A stretch of DNA of 64,000 nucleotides from Eledone cirrhosa. Taxonomy: Eukaryota. The first letter of the stretch is position 1. Each line of letters begins with the position of its first letter. The position numbers were made by a program, and so were the translations under genes. Under the pieces are notes generated by a model, which was not told where the DNA came from, made no database searches, and worked only from the letters and a program-made list of their open reading frames with translations. Where the stretch lies: assembly GCA_964016885.1 (NCBI GenBank), contig OZ024740.1, forward strand, positions 31,124,001 to 31,188,000, written 5' to 3'. Positions 1 to 12,390 of this stretch are shown here, in pieces.

Positions 1-1780
1 AAGGCAAATAGTGAACCCGGCGGATGAAGATCACTCATCGACACCCCAGTGCCACCAATAGGTTCCATATACTTCTTCACCAGTGTGACCGCACACAGGG
101 AGGTACCATAATACCCCGAGTGGAAGAGTCTGGCATGCTGGATGGAAGGCCAATGGTCTGCTATGAAATTAAGACCGGAAGAGGGCTCATTCCTATGGCT
201 TGGAATAGATGCCCCAACAACCAGTATGTATAAATCCCAGCTTGGGTCTGTTGACTTACCCCCTCATGTGTCCATATACTTGCCCAGCAAGCAGAAACAC
301 GCCAAAGATGTCATAATGAGAGTCCCCATCATCAATAATGACAGGGACAAGTATTAAAAAATACTAAGTTCAATAAATTTTCACTTGATAAAATATGCTA
401 GTTAACAATCAATGATATGAAATTGGGTTTTGGGATGAGAAATAACAGTCTTTATGGATGGAGTGTCAAATGTAGAATACAGAACAAGCCTTTAAAAAGT
501 TGCTGTGGAGGAAGAATCAAGTTCTTATCTCATTTGGAAGAGAGTAAAGGATTAGAAAGATTATATTTAGAGGTTAGTTCATTTGGAAAGCAAGAAGATA
601 CAGAGGGGATAAAAGGTAGCAGAAAGTGGAAGTCCTTTTTCAGGTGGGTGCATTTGGGGTCAATGGCAGCAGAGACTTAATGGTTCACTGGAGTGAGAAA
701 TCAACTAACAAAATGATGAAATTTACAGCTCAAGCCTATTTAGGTTTAGTTGGCCTCCAAGATTTCTCAAGACGTTTTATGGAAAGCAACATAAAGCAAG
801 AACACAACATGCTATCTAGTCTAGGAATCAAACCCAGGCTTCCATGATCTAGAATTTAGCCATACACCTTTACAATAGAAGATAACCCTATGTAGAAAAA
901 ATAAAGTTCATTGGTTTTTAAAAGATAAACCTCTGCGTCATAATCAGAGTCAAAGAAACTGCAAGAATTGAGTTGTAAGAAAAGTCGAAATAAGAGTATG
1001 GGTTACTATTACTAAGTTTATAATACACAGATGTGGAAATGTAAGCTTTATTCATTAAAGATATATATCAAGGTAAAAACCAAGAAATATCAAAGATGAG
1101 TGAACAGGCCTTGTTTAGGTAATGAGTCCATCCCAAGAGAATGCTGCAGCACTAATTTCATCAGCTTTTGAATCATTGTTACAGAGAGTAATGCGACTCC
1201 TTTGAAATTCACTCAGCCACACAAACACCTATCTCAAAAAGATTTTCCCAGGCATTGCTGACAACCTCACAATCATTTGCAATAACTATGTCGATATTCA
1301 ATCAGCTATTGAATACTGTGTATCCTTGCAAATATAGTAATCTGCTGTTGGAATCATAACTGGCTGACAATATCTGCCTTGGATATATATGATTGCTGCG
1401 CATGCACTGGTTGGAACTGGATCAAGCCAGCCAAGATAAATGCCAACACAAGTTACAATCAAAATAAACAATTTCAGGAGAGGTACTATGAACTGGGCAA
1501 AGATCTTGACCTCAATGTAGAGTTGATGTAACTATGCTTGCTCTTTCTACTTGTAAGACACACTGGAAATGGGAAAACAACAGAGGGTAAGGACAAGTTC
1601 ATGTAAATGGTGATGTTAGATTCAAAAGAAATGCTTATGTTTGACAGTACACATTTATCAGCAGGTCTAATTGTAAACATCACTACAGAGACAACAAAGT
1701 GTATGTCATTCAGGAATAGTTCTTTTAGACATGAACCATTAGAAGACAAACATTTTCAAAGCAACAAAGAAATAACTTAC

Positions 1781-1862
1781 TTTGTGAAGTTTCCCCAACA
1801 GTGACACTGCTCCATGATTTGACCCCAGTACTGTTTATGGTTGCCCCAGATGTGTTCGCTTG
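1781..1862 (-). CDS. PRRC2: PRRC2 coding exon 3 (QANTSGATINSTGVKSWSSVTVGETSQ)
   Basis: AAG| acceptor at 1863 and |GTAAGT donor at 1780. Open in phase 0 following exon 2. The GVKSW motif matches vertebrate PRRC2 (GVKSWA). Confidence 0.85.
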
Positions 1863-2482
1863 CTTTAATTAAAATTGCAATAAATAAAATGAATAGAAAA
1901 TTCAAGGCAAAATGTTAAATTTATAATATATTCAAACAATATATGGCCTCACCTACATTCTTTTAACTAGGAAATAAGCAGGGTATGATTGATGGTTTAT
2001 TTTAAAATCTGATAGTAAAACACTTAGGTTTAGATTACAATTTTTAAAAATAAGTTAAAATATAATTTTATAAGAAATTAGAGTTTAAGAATATGTAATT
2101 GTTCTAGTTTGAAATGTTATGATTATTTAGATGAAATAAAGTATGGTTTTTACTGTTCCTTAAGTTTTAAAGCATTTGGTTTTTAGCTGAGAGGAGTGCA
2201 CCAACATTACAATCAAATTAATTATCAATGTAAATGTACAATGTTTGAAATAAAATTGTCACTAATCAATAAGGCTCTTTGCTCTAGTAACACTTCAGTA
2301 CTCATGCTCGCACAACTCTAAACAGATGTACCATAAAAGAAGTTGAGGAAAAAAGTGATTTCCAAATTCTTATGAGCATGAGTAACAGTAAAATTTAATG
2401 TTTCTTTTATTAGCTTCTATCATCAAAATGAATGGTGGGTGAATCAAGTATTCAAGCATATAAAAAAGTTTCACAAGACCTA

Positions 2483-2875
<393 letters not shown>

Positions 2876-2893
2876 TTAAATAAAATTACTTAC

Positions 2894-3008
2894 CAGTTGA
2901 TTTCTGTGTCTCAACGCTCTTTCCTTTGTATATATTATTTATATTAATAGATGTAAATTTTCCCTTTCCTTTCTCCCCTTTATTACCTAGCCCCGAGAGT
3001 GAGGACAT
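2894..3008 (-). CDS. PRRC2: PRRC2/BAT2 homolog, first coding exon (MSSLSGLGNKGEKGKGKFTSININNIYKGKSVETQKST). The full exon including 5'UTR is 2894-3069.
   Basis: ATG at 3008 in GCAAG-ATG context. Translation matches the BAT2_N start (K..K...N....YKGKS.E.QK). Donor G|GTAAGT at 2893, acceptor CAG at 3070-3072. Phase 1 joins the next exon in frame. Confidence 0.93.
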
Positions 3009-6000
3009 CTTGCCAAGGCGTTCATTGAAATTTTTCTGATATTATACCCTATGAACGGTCCGTTAAAATCTGAAAGAAATTGAGTAAATTGTCTAAAATA
3101 ACTACCTCGTAATTTTAAGAGTCAGAATATAAGTTTTACATTGACCATCAAAACAAAAAAAAAAAAACGCCAACAAAATCTGTAAACATACATAAACGCG
3201 TGCGCACTCTTGCGATGACATTTTAAATGAGAAAGAGAAATTGACGTTTGTAATACTGAAATTTATTTTAACGACCTGTAAAATTATTTTACTGAATGTG
3301 ATAAAGCATATGCGCTATGTTAATTACACTGCTACACAGGTAATAATCCCAATATATTCCCGTTCTTCCTTTATACATCTACATCATGTTAATCTACATA
3401 AATTCCTTACGTATATACGTGGTAGGAACTAGGGAGTGTACGTATTATGTACAAAAAGGTTGGCATTCATTTAAAATAATGGATATTTCGTCTAACAGCA
3501 AATAATCGTTGATATAATCAGCATCTGCTACAATGACAATAGTAGCATTAATTTCCCTTCGAATAGTCTAATCCGATAAAAATCAGAAACTACAGCTGAC
3601 CGTGCAAGATGTAGTTACTTCCCTTATGACAATTTTAGTAACAAAAAAAAATCCACATAATTGACTTTTTATTTTTAGTTGCCAAAAATAAGCTTTCGTT
3701 TATATTTTAACGAGATTGAAGGATTACAATTATTTTTTTTCATGAATTTATATAGAATTAATTTTAGATTCTTTAATAGCAAATTCTCAATTAGAATTTC
3801 TATATTCAAAAGTAATTGTATAATGTGTTAATTAGTAATCTGTTTCTAACCAGAGAAACATTTTCTGCAAGTACAAAGCAATCGTACGGAGTTTACTCGA
3901 TCTTTCCAGTAATACCAAATATTCTGCACTTGAAAATGTTGATCGTGTAAAATAATCCAATGTAAAGTAGCATATATGCGAAGACCTCTTTTTAAACTTA
4001 TTCAACTGATGCTACTGTGGTGCTTCGATGTGAAGCGTTGGTGTAGGCAGCTGAAAAAAAATATCAGATTGAGTATATTTTCACTGTGTACAATAACGCT
4101 TATTGGAGGTTATTTGTTCTTGAGAAGATTTGTTTCGAAATTCTTTTTTCAACCAAATCTTTAAGAGTTGTTATTTCGTCCAAAGTCAGTCATGATTACG
4201 GTAGACCTATAGACAAATTGTTCTACCGGCATTGTGTATCTAATGTGATTTTAGATATCAGAATAAAACGGTAAGGAATGAATTTAAAGAAACAATTAGC
4301 TATTCCCAACAGGTCAAGTGACTTTCGTTTCATTGTTGGTTCGCTGTCCAATAGCATTCATCCATTTATTAAAGTGTGATTTGAGGAAGAGCTGCCTACT
4401 ATTTCTAGCAAATTGAACAACCATTGAGGACTGTACTTTTATAAGACTTCACAAACATGCGAGATATACTAAATATTCATGCTAGTTCAGAAATATTCCT
4501 AAAGTTGGACCAGGAGTCTGTCTAATATATTCTATAGCGAAAATTCTTTTAAATAAAAAACACGATTATCTCTATTTCATAACTCAGGCAATAAAATTAA
4601 TAAACACATTATGATAAATATATACATGACTTATGCAATGGCGGCGTATTTTCCAGGTAATTACTGAAAAACCGATATCGTTTGTTGTGCAACAAAAAAA
4701 AAAAAAATGAATAATTTAAACTTAACTTAATATGCAGTATTTTTGCGTAAACTCCAACTGCTCATCTATAATTAAGTGCAAAATAAATCACTGCCCCCAA
4801 ACAACCACCAAGTTATCTACGATTATCAAAAATTATGCTGCAGCTAGTAGTTGTTGAATCACATTATACAATACGAAATGCCAGCTGAGTATAGTTAACG
4901 TGCACACAAGATGGACAGCAAATTCATATACTAAAGAAGCATTTCCGTTATTAGAGCTTTGAATTAAAATAACATTTACAGCACTGAAAAAAAGCTGATT
5001 TTAAAAATACTAATACAATCATGAACAAAGCTTTACAGCCAGAATATTTTGAAAAGGGGTCATTTATGGTCAATGTGAAAACTACAAAATGTTACTGTGT
5101 ATGTACAGATAGTTATAATCGTCAAAATTACTGCATCCCAAATCATGCTCAGGATATTGTATCCACTGTTTAATGTTATCAGTCAGTTATTTAAAAGGCT
5201 CCGCTTTAAAGTGATCACAATATGCTATTTCCACTATATACTAATTAATTTGGTCTGGAGGAAGGTGCTTTCGCAAGCCCACCGAGACTGACGCCGTTAA
5301 CGTTCTGCTTAAACTGCTATATAACACAACTACAAGGCATTTATTTGTAAAGGGAATTCAGGCAGGTCGACATTCTGGAAAGAAATGACTGAGCGTAGTG
5401 GATATATATGGATGATGTGAGGAAAGACTAAGGAGTCAGAATGTTTGAGAGGATGTGGCACTAGACAGATCAGAGGAGGAGGCCTTAATAATAGCAGTAG
5501 AAAACAGAAAGATGAGACAGTACATCTGTGTTACAGATGAATGCTTGCGAGGTTTCATACTAATCAATCGAGTGGCTTTTCTCTGGATGCGTTCTAAAAT
5601 GAGTCCTAACAGCACACAATTCTATATGTTGAGAGCGACACTCATTTGTAGGGCTCACCTGAACTTTGTATAAGGTTGGTAGCTGAAATGCAGGCTTAAA
5701 ATTATAATAACGCAAATTTAATCCCATTTGTCAACTATCACTATTTTGGAGTCGACCCCCCTCTCTTTAAAAAAAAGGTCGCTTGACCGACTAAATTTAA
5801 TAGCCAAATATCTATCAAATCAAGCCTAACTATATTGACAAAGGAAGTACTTCTGAATTATATAGTGTTAGATACAATGTTGCTTTTTTTCAAAAAAACC
5901 GAAATGGACAACGGCTGGAAAGCCTATGATCATAAGTTTGAATAATGTACACTTCAATAATAAAACCTGTAATAGCGTATTATATAATAGTGATTTTTAA

Positions 6001-6544
6001 ATATTTAAAAAAATAAATTAAAGTTTTCTACGAATAAAATAGCAAACTTATTGATTTTTTTTTCCCCTTTGCTTGAACTGAAAATGAAATCCGGCTGGTT
6101 TTAAAGACATTTTCATCAATAATCCATAAGAAATATTACAATTATTCTCCATCAAACAATGTGAAACGTTTTAAAATATTTAACACGTTCTGGAGAGAAA
6201 TCTGAAATTTTTGACAAAGCAAATTCTAGCCTTTTTTTAAATGTTAGCTTACACTTTAAGCAATACATTAAATAGTTTATCATTTCATCTTAGAATACAA
6301 GAGTTTTAAAGATCCAATTAAGAAAATCAGTGGGAGGTGGTGATTGTTTGGTTTTAAGATTGACCATATTAAAAATTTTCAATATTACGAACAAGGTAAA
6401 TTTAAAAATAAAAAAAAAAAAAAACCTAACACGCCCATTATACAACTTTATAATATAGAACAGAACAAAAATCGCTAGTTTGAAAAGCGAAAAGGTGGGG
6501 GAAATGAATGAGATGTCTTCGGCAAAATTTCGATATTAATTATC

Positions 6545-6850
6545 AATAGGTCGCCATCTTGTATTCCTTATTCAAGTAGTTAATAGTGAGAATTGAAGTA
6601 CTTAATAGTAAGCATTGATATTTAAAGAATGAGATTTAGATTTGTGAGTATAATTGCAATCCTTGAAAATCTACATTTTTTAAACGGTTTCTCACAACAC
6701 TAGAGTGAAAAAAAATAAAGAAACGAAAACGGTCATTCACTACAGAAAATAATTGTTTTAATCTAAATTGAATACAGAAGAAAAAAAAATCAGTTTCCGG
6801 GAACCGGTAGGGAGGATAGTTATACAGAAACCGAACAGACTAGACCACGG
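6545..6850. promoter_or_regulatory. Possible alternative promoter or enhancer in PRRC2 intron 1
   Basis: YY1-like CGCCATCTTG at ~6552, ETS-like TTTCCGG at ~6794, CpGs in an AT-rich context. Confidence 0.25.
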
Positions 6851-7639
6851 TACAGCAACACATTCAAATACCATATACACACATTCACATTATAAATATA
6901 AGACAAACCAATTTTTTAAATATCAAATAAAATGAAGTTTCAAAATTTAGAAACATTTTTTTACATTCAAAAGGACGTAATAATTTCATGAATTACTGCT
7001 TAACTCCATACACGTACAAAATAAAATTTTTATCTTTGTGCATGTGTATTATATATATGTAGTATGTGAGTGGGTGTGTACGAAGCAATTTAATATATTT
7101 CTAAAAAAATCTTTTTAAATTAACAGGAATTCTTTCTTCTTAGATTTTTTTCTAGTAGGGTTACTACGAATTCAAACAGGTCATGCTTAAAGACTTTAGT
7201 AAATTTCAATGATATCAGTAATTGACAAGAGGGAGGGGGATTTTGTAGTTCACTTGTCAGTTTGAATCATTAACTTTTTAATAAATAGAAATATTGAAAG
7301 TAAAAAAGAAATATATATATAAATAGATTCGTTTTAGCTCTTTTCGTACAAAATTTCAGAAACAACACCAATAATGGCGAGAATAAAACGCAAACTAATG
7401 ACAAGAAAATCAAATGAACATTTAAGATTCGAAAGAAACGATAACTTCGTATAGAATATTGCAAAATGATATATATAATCATTAAATGCTTCAACATAAG
7501 TAAAATAATGAAGTAAATACTATACACATTTTTCAAAATAATATTCACGGGAAAATTAAGGTTAGAGCAAATCAAAAAAGCATTAGTCAATTAAAAACTG
7601 AAATTAAAATAATCACACCAAAAAAATAGAGGTACTTAC

Positions 7640-7802
7640 ACCGGCCCGTTCTGATGGGTTATAATTTAAGATGATAAACAGAAGATTAAAATTAGTTTAT
7701 CGGGACGGATGACTAAAGATAAATTTCCGATTTACTGTTTTGTCTGCAACGTAAAAGTTGTCTTATCAAAATGGCGTTCAACGTTCAGTTTGGTATGCAA
7801 AT
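7640..7802 (-). other. PRRC2: Putative non-coding first exon of PRRC2 (TSS approximate)
   Basis: Strong donor |GTAAGTA at 7639, local CpG enrichment, YY1-type CGCCATTTTG at 7767-7776, and no ATG on the minus strand. Confidence 0.55.
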
Positions 7803-7840
7803 GATGGTGATGATGTCACTGCTATCCCACAATGCACATA
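7767..7840. promoter_or_regulatory. Housekeeping-type promoter motifs: YY1, octamer, Staf/ZNF143
   Basis: CAAAATGGCG at 7767-7776, ATGCAAAT at 7795-7802, TCCCACAATGCA at 7825-7836. Confidence 0.5.
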
Positions 7841-9033
7841 GAATTCGAAACTTCCAAGAAACATCAATGTCCTGTAAATGTAATTTATAAATTCCTTTCG
7901 TTTAGATACCAAAACATTAATTTAAAAATAACCTCATTTGTGTCTGTTTAGTGTATACAAATTCAATGGCTCCCCATAACGTCCAGATGGAACAGTTGCT
8001 GCTCCTTCAATAGCATTTAGTATGTGGGTATGGACATACGTTATGCAAAAGGAAATGATTTTCTAATAACTATGCCTCTCTTTCTCTCTCTTTCATGCAC
8101 CACCGGTATTGCACCTAGTGACTCTTAGAGCAATTCTATCTCTGTGTTGTCAAGTTGAATAGACAACTAAAGTTATCCCTTTGTCTATTCAGGAGTGTGT
8201 TTCTGTGATCCTTTGTCTCCGCTAAAACAACTCCCCTAAGCACCTGCCTATACTCTATCTTCTTGGTTTGATAAAGTGAGTAACAGTTCTACAGCGTGAA
8301 TTCTGTCATAAACGCCGTCGCCAACTTGTGTTGATATCATTTTGCAAGATATTCGGATTATGCTGTTTTTACAACAATATTTGCAGCACTATCCAAACAA
8401 CTGGTGCTGTTATTTACGAATTCTTAAATAAAGCAATTGTTGCAAGAAAGATTTTAATCATATTTAATAACGATTAAAAATGAGGTTGTGACCATTAAAA
8501 ATATATATATAAGGTGTAAAGAAAGATACGTATAAGCACTTGTATGTATCCATATGTGCCTAGACGTTAGAGTTACACTTACATTTTAAAGGCGTATGGA
8601 TAAACGTGCTGTTATATTCATGTGATTAGAAATTTTATCCGTGTACATATTGTGTGTGTGTGCATATACACACACATGCATATATACACATACGTGTGTG
8701 TCTCCGTTAGTTTTAACGAACGAAAGAAAAAGTACTCAATACCATATTAAAGTGTAGTAATTTATTTCAACTGATTCAAGAGCCTGTTACCCAGGAGATA
8801 CCCCGTCGTGTAATTAGAAGGAAAGTCATTAGCGTTAATGAAAATTAATCTCAAAAAGTACAAGGGAAGAAACTCTTAAAAATGTTAATCTATCAAAATA
8901 AAAATAAATAAATGGAGATATACAAGAGTGGTACAGCATGTGCCACCATTCCAAAAATGTTTTGGTCACATTTGACCTCCTCAGCAAAACAGTCTACGCA
9001 CAAATGTCCTATTGTGTGAAAATAATTCACTGC

Positions 9034-9610
9034 CATCATTTAAAGTCTATTTCTTCTGTTAGCAAGGGTTGAACGAGTCTTCACAGACTGAGTCAGTATT
9101 GAAACGGAGCTACTGACCTCCCAGACAGTTCTGTGTTCTACCAAGGGCATTTTATTGTAGCACCAGCACTAGAGTGGTTGACACAACTGAAAGGTCCTCC
9201 CAACCCTTTGTTTGACAGGCTTTCTACAGCTGCATGCTCTTCCTACCACCAACCACTTTACATGGTGTACTAAGTGTGTTTATTGTGTAGATCACCAGCA
9301 CTAGCGAGGTTGCCATGTCCCTAACACAACTAAAGCGTCCTCCCTACCCTTTGTTTGGTAAGCTTTCTATGACTGGATGCGCTTCCTTTCACCAACCACT
9401 TTACAGTGTGTACTGAGTGCATTTTATCAAGTAGATCATTAACACTGGCAAGGTTTTTTTTTGTCATTGATACAGCTGAGGGGTCCACTCAACCTTTTTA
9501 TGCAAAGGTGCTCCTCCTATTGCCAACCACTTTACAGGGTATATTTGGTGCATTTTTGTGGCTCTATCACTAGAGAGGTTGTTGGTCATTGACCTAACTG
9601 AAGAGCCTTC
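9034..9610 (-). mobile_element. Degenerate RTE-tailed SINE with about 4 tandem copies of an RTE-5'UTR-like module
   Basis: RTE-type tail at 9034-9085. Repeated ~130-bp units containing the reverse complement of GTAAAGTGGTTGG..AGGAAG.GCATCCAG. Confidence 0.6.
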
Positions 9611-9759
9611 TCTGCTCTATAAAAAGAGAAGGGAGTTAGATACACGTATGATATTATGGGTGAATAGCAAGTGTGGTATGATTTGACAGGGTGATGAGTA
9701 GGGGGAAGAAGCAACCTTTGATAATATATATAGAGAGAGATGTAGTGATAGTGAGAATA

Positions 9760-9982
9760 CCTAAGCAGATATATTGGTGGGGTGGTCATCAGACATTATG
9801 CTTTGCGGCATAGAGTTACAGCCCTTTACATTCTGAGTTCAAATCCCGCCGAGGTTAGATTTGCCTTTCATCCTTAAGGAGTCGATAAAATAAAGCACCA
9901 GTAATATACTGGGGTTAATTTAATCGACTTCCCGTCCCCGGAAAATTGTTTGCCTTATGCCTAAATCAGAAACCATTATTAT
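9760..9982 (+). mobile_element. tRNA-derived SINE with Meta-domain-like body
   Basis: B-box GAGTTCAAATCC, body TTTGCCTTTCATCC..GTCGATAAAATAAAG.ACCAG, ATT tail. Several copies occur in the window. Confidence 0.8.
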
Positions 9983-9989
9983 GTGGTCA

Positions 9990-10440
9990 ATAACGCATAG
10001 GAAAGGGGCACTGACCAGTGTGGAGAAGGGGGAATTGTAGTGATGGAGGAAATATCTAAGGAGTGGTAGTGGAGGGGGTGAACAGGGGTGGAGAGAGTAG
10101 CTACTGTGGTGCAATAGTGAGGGTATCTAAAAGCTTTAGAGGGGAAATAGCTAAGGAGCTTGCATGCTTCTTTGGATGTGTAGTAGTAGTATGCATGAAC
10201 AGCGAGGCATTAATGAAGTGATGGGAAAAGCTGAGCATAAGCTTTGTACAATAGAGAAGATTGCTGGTATGGACATGTGGTGTGAGGAGAATGACAGATA
10301 CTAAAAAACAAAGAAATGTAAAGCACTCGAAGTTGATGGAATCTGTGAAAGTGGAAGACCTAGTAAAACTTAGGATGGTGTGGTGAAGGTTCAACTTCAT
10401 GAAGGAGATGTCAAAGGATCAAGTTGGATGGTGGATTGTC
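9990..10440 (-). mobile_element. Degenerate Penelope-like RT fragment
   Basis: Minus ORF NLHHTILSFT..SINF....HPKKHASSL resembles the PLE RT motif N..HPTIKFT...S..FLD...S.HP. Confidence 0.5.
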
Positions 10441-10914
10441 ATGCTACAAAAGACATGCTTTCCATTGCAAGCAGGATGTAATGAACATGGTGAGGATGGT
10501 ATTGCAGAAGCAGAGAGGTGTAATAACAGTTAGGTCCTTCATGCCAATATGCCCCTCTCCATTTCCTCATGACTCCTGTAGCTGCCTTTCAGCATTTTAG
10601 ACTTTGCCTTGATTTCCTTCCCCATACTGTCTAAATCCTCCACCTTAGTCTTCCCACCCTCTTCCTATCCATTCCAGCACTCATCCCACAATGCATTGCC
10701 AGATGCCATTCACTCTCTTCAATGTGACCCCTGCAATTTAACACCTACTCTCCACCTCTTTCTTTCACTGAGGGTGATTCCTTATCTCAGCAAGCAGCAT
10801 GTAACTTGTGTCCCTCATGCAGACATTCACACACACTCACCTTTCATTCCCACTCTCATCACTGCTTTTCCCACCTGGGTGAGCACACATTGAGTACCTC
10901 AATGCTGTAAAAGG

Positions 10915-11100
10915 GATGCTGCCACAATAAAATGCACCAAGTATATGCTGTAAAGCAGTCAGCATTAGGAAGGGCATCCAGCCATAGAAACCATGCCAAA
11001 ATCAAATGTATGAGCAAAACCTAGTCATCTGACTTGACTAGTTTCACATGATAACTCGTCTAACCCATGTCAACATGGAAAACAAATGTAAAATGATGAT
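10915..11100 (+). mobile_element. Bipartite RTE-derived SINE / non-autonomous element
   Basis: AGGAAGGGCATCCAGC module followed by the ACTCGTCTAACCCATG...ATGATGAT RTE tail. Confidence 0.7.
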
Positions 11101-11138
11101 TATATATATATATATATATATACTCTTCCAGCCCACTG

Positions 11139-11189
<51 letters not shown>

Positions 11190-11252
11190 CATCATTTTAC
11201 ATTTGTTTTCCAAAAAAACAAACACACATATATATACTCTTCCAGCCGACTG

Positions 11253-11283
<31 letters not shown>

Positions 11284-11297
11284 CTCTTCCAGCCCAC

Positions 11298-12123
11298 TGG
11301 ATGTGCAATAGTAATATACGTGAACGGCAAAGCATAAACGAACTAAGGAAAAAATTAGAAATAAGAGGGATCAGATGTTGTTTACTCGAGAGAAGGCTAC
11401 GTTGGTACGGTCACGTGATGCGCATGAAAGACGACAGCTGTATAACAAAGTGCAGGGCAATAAAGATAGACGGTAGCCACGGAGTAGGCAGACCCAGGAA
11501 AACCTGGGACGAGCTGATAAATTCCGACCTCACACGCTTACACCTCTCCAAGACAATGTCACTGGACCGAGACCTTTGGCGGTACTCAGTAATAGAGAAG
11601 ACCCGCCTTACCTAAATACAAAGTAAAAACCTACTACAGTCAGTAGGCATCTCTATCAAAACACACCCCCGTCCCACCACCTCCACCCCACCCACACCGC
11701 CCCTTTCAATGTAAAGTTATGTTGGTCCCACAACATCCAGGCCGAAACAAATGAGATCGTGTAGGTGTCACGACAAAAAACACACAGTCCACGCTGTAAA
11801 TGTGGCCGTGTAGGCAACACGGTAAAAACCTCCCAGCCCCACACTGTAAATGTGGTTGGTGTTAGGAAGGGCATCCAGCTGTAGAAAACCCGCCAGACAG
11901 TCCACGCTGTAATGTGGCCGTGTAGGCAACACGGTAAAAACCTCCCAGCCCCACACTGTAAATGTGGTTGGTGTTAGGAAGGGCATCCAACTGTAGAAAA
12001 CCCGCCAGACAGTCCTATGCGAGCAAGACAACCACTCTTGCCTCAAGTGGGAAAACCCCCGTCCAAACCCATGCAAGCGTGGAACACGGACGCTAAACCT
12101 GATGATGATGATGATGATGATGA
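11298..12123 (+). mobile_element. 5'-truncated RTE LINE
   Basis: ORF 11301-11615 with RRLRWYGHVMR and GRPRKTW motifs. The 3'UTR has a ~113-bp tandem duplication (11785-12014) and a (GAT)n tail. Confidence 0.92.
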
Positions 12124-12246
12124 TATATATATATAGTCCAGTCGGCTGGAAGAGTATATATATGTGTGCTTGTTTTTTTTTTTCTTTTTTTGTTCCTTCA
12201 TCTTTTCACTCTTTATCTTTCTAGTTCATCTTTAATTTCTAATTCT

Positions 12247-12285
12247 ATCTTCTGATGAAGGACTAGTGTCTAAAACGTTAAGACA
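12247..12285 (+). ncRNA. Degenerate minimal type-I hammerhead ribozyme (Penelope pLTR remnant)
   Basis: TCTT-CTGATGA-AGGAC-TAGT-GTCT-AAAAC-GTTA-AGA. GAAA is mutated. Stem III is the palindrome AACGTT. Confidence 0.45.
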
Positions 12286-12390
12286 CTTTTCCTGTTATTT
12301 CAAGTGTTAAACTAATATATTTCTTCAATGAATTGTGTCATTTGTTTTGTTATTTCTGTCTATTTTTTACATACATATATATATTTATAT

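Noticed and set aside
1-1780. Next PRRC2 exon (EEFP motif) or a canonical intronic snoRNA
   Set aside because: Not found by eye. The sequence looks like decayed TE, and the exon is probably outside the window.
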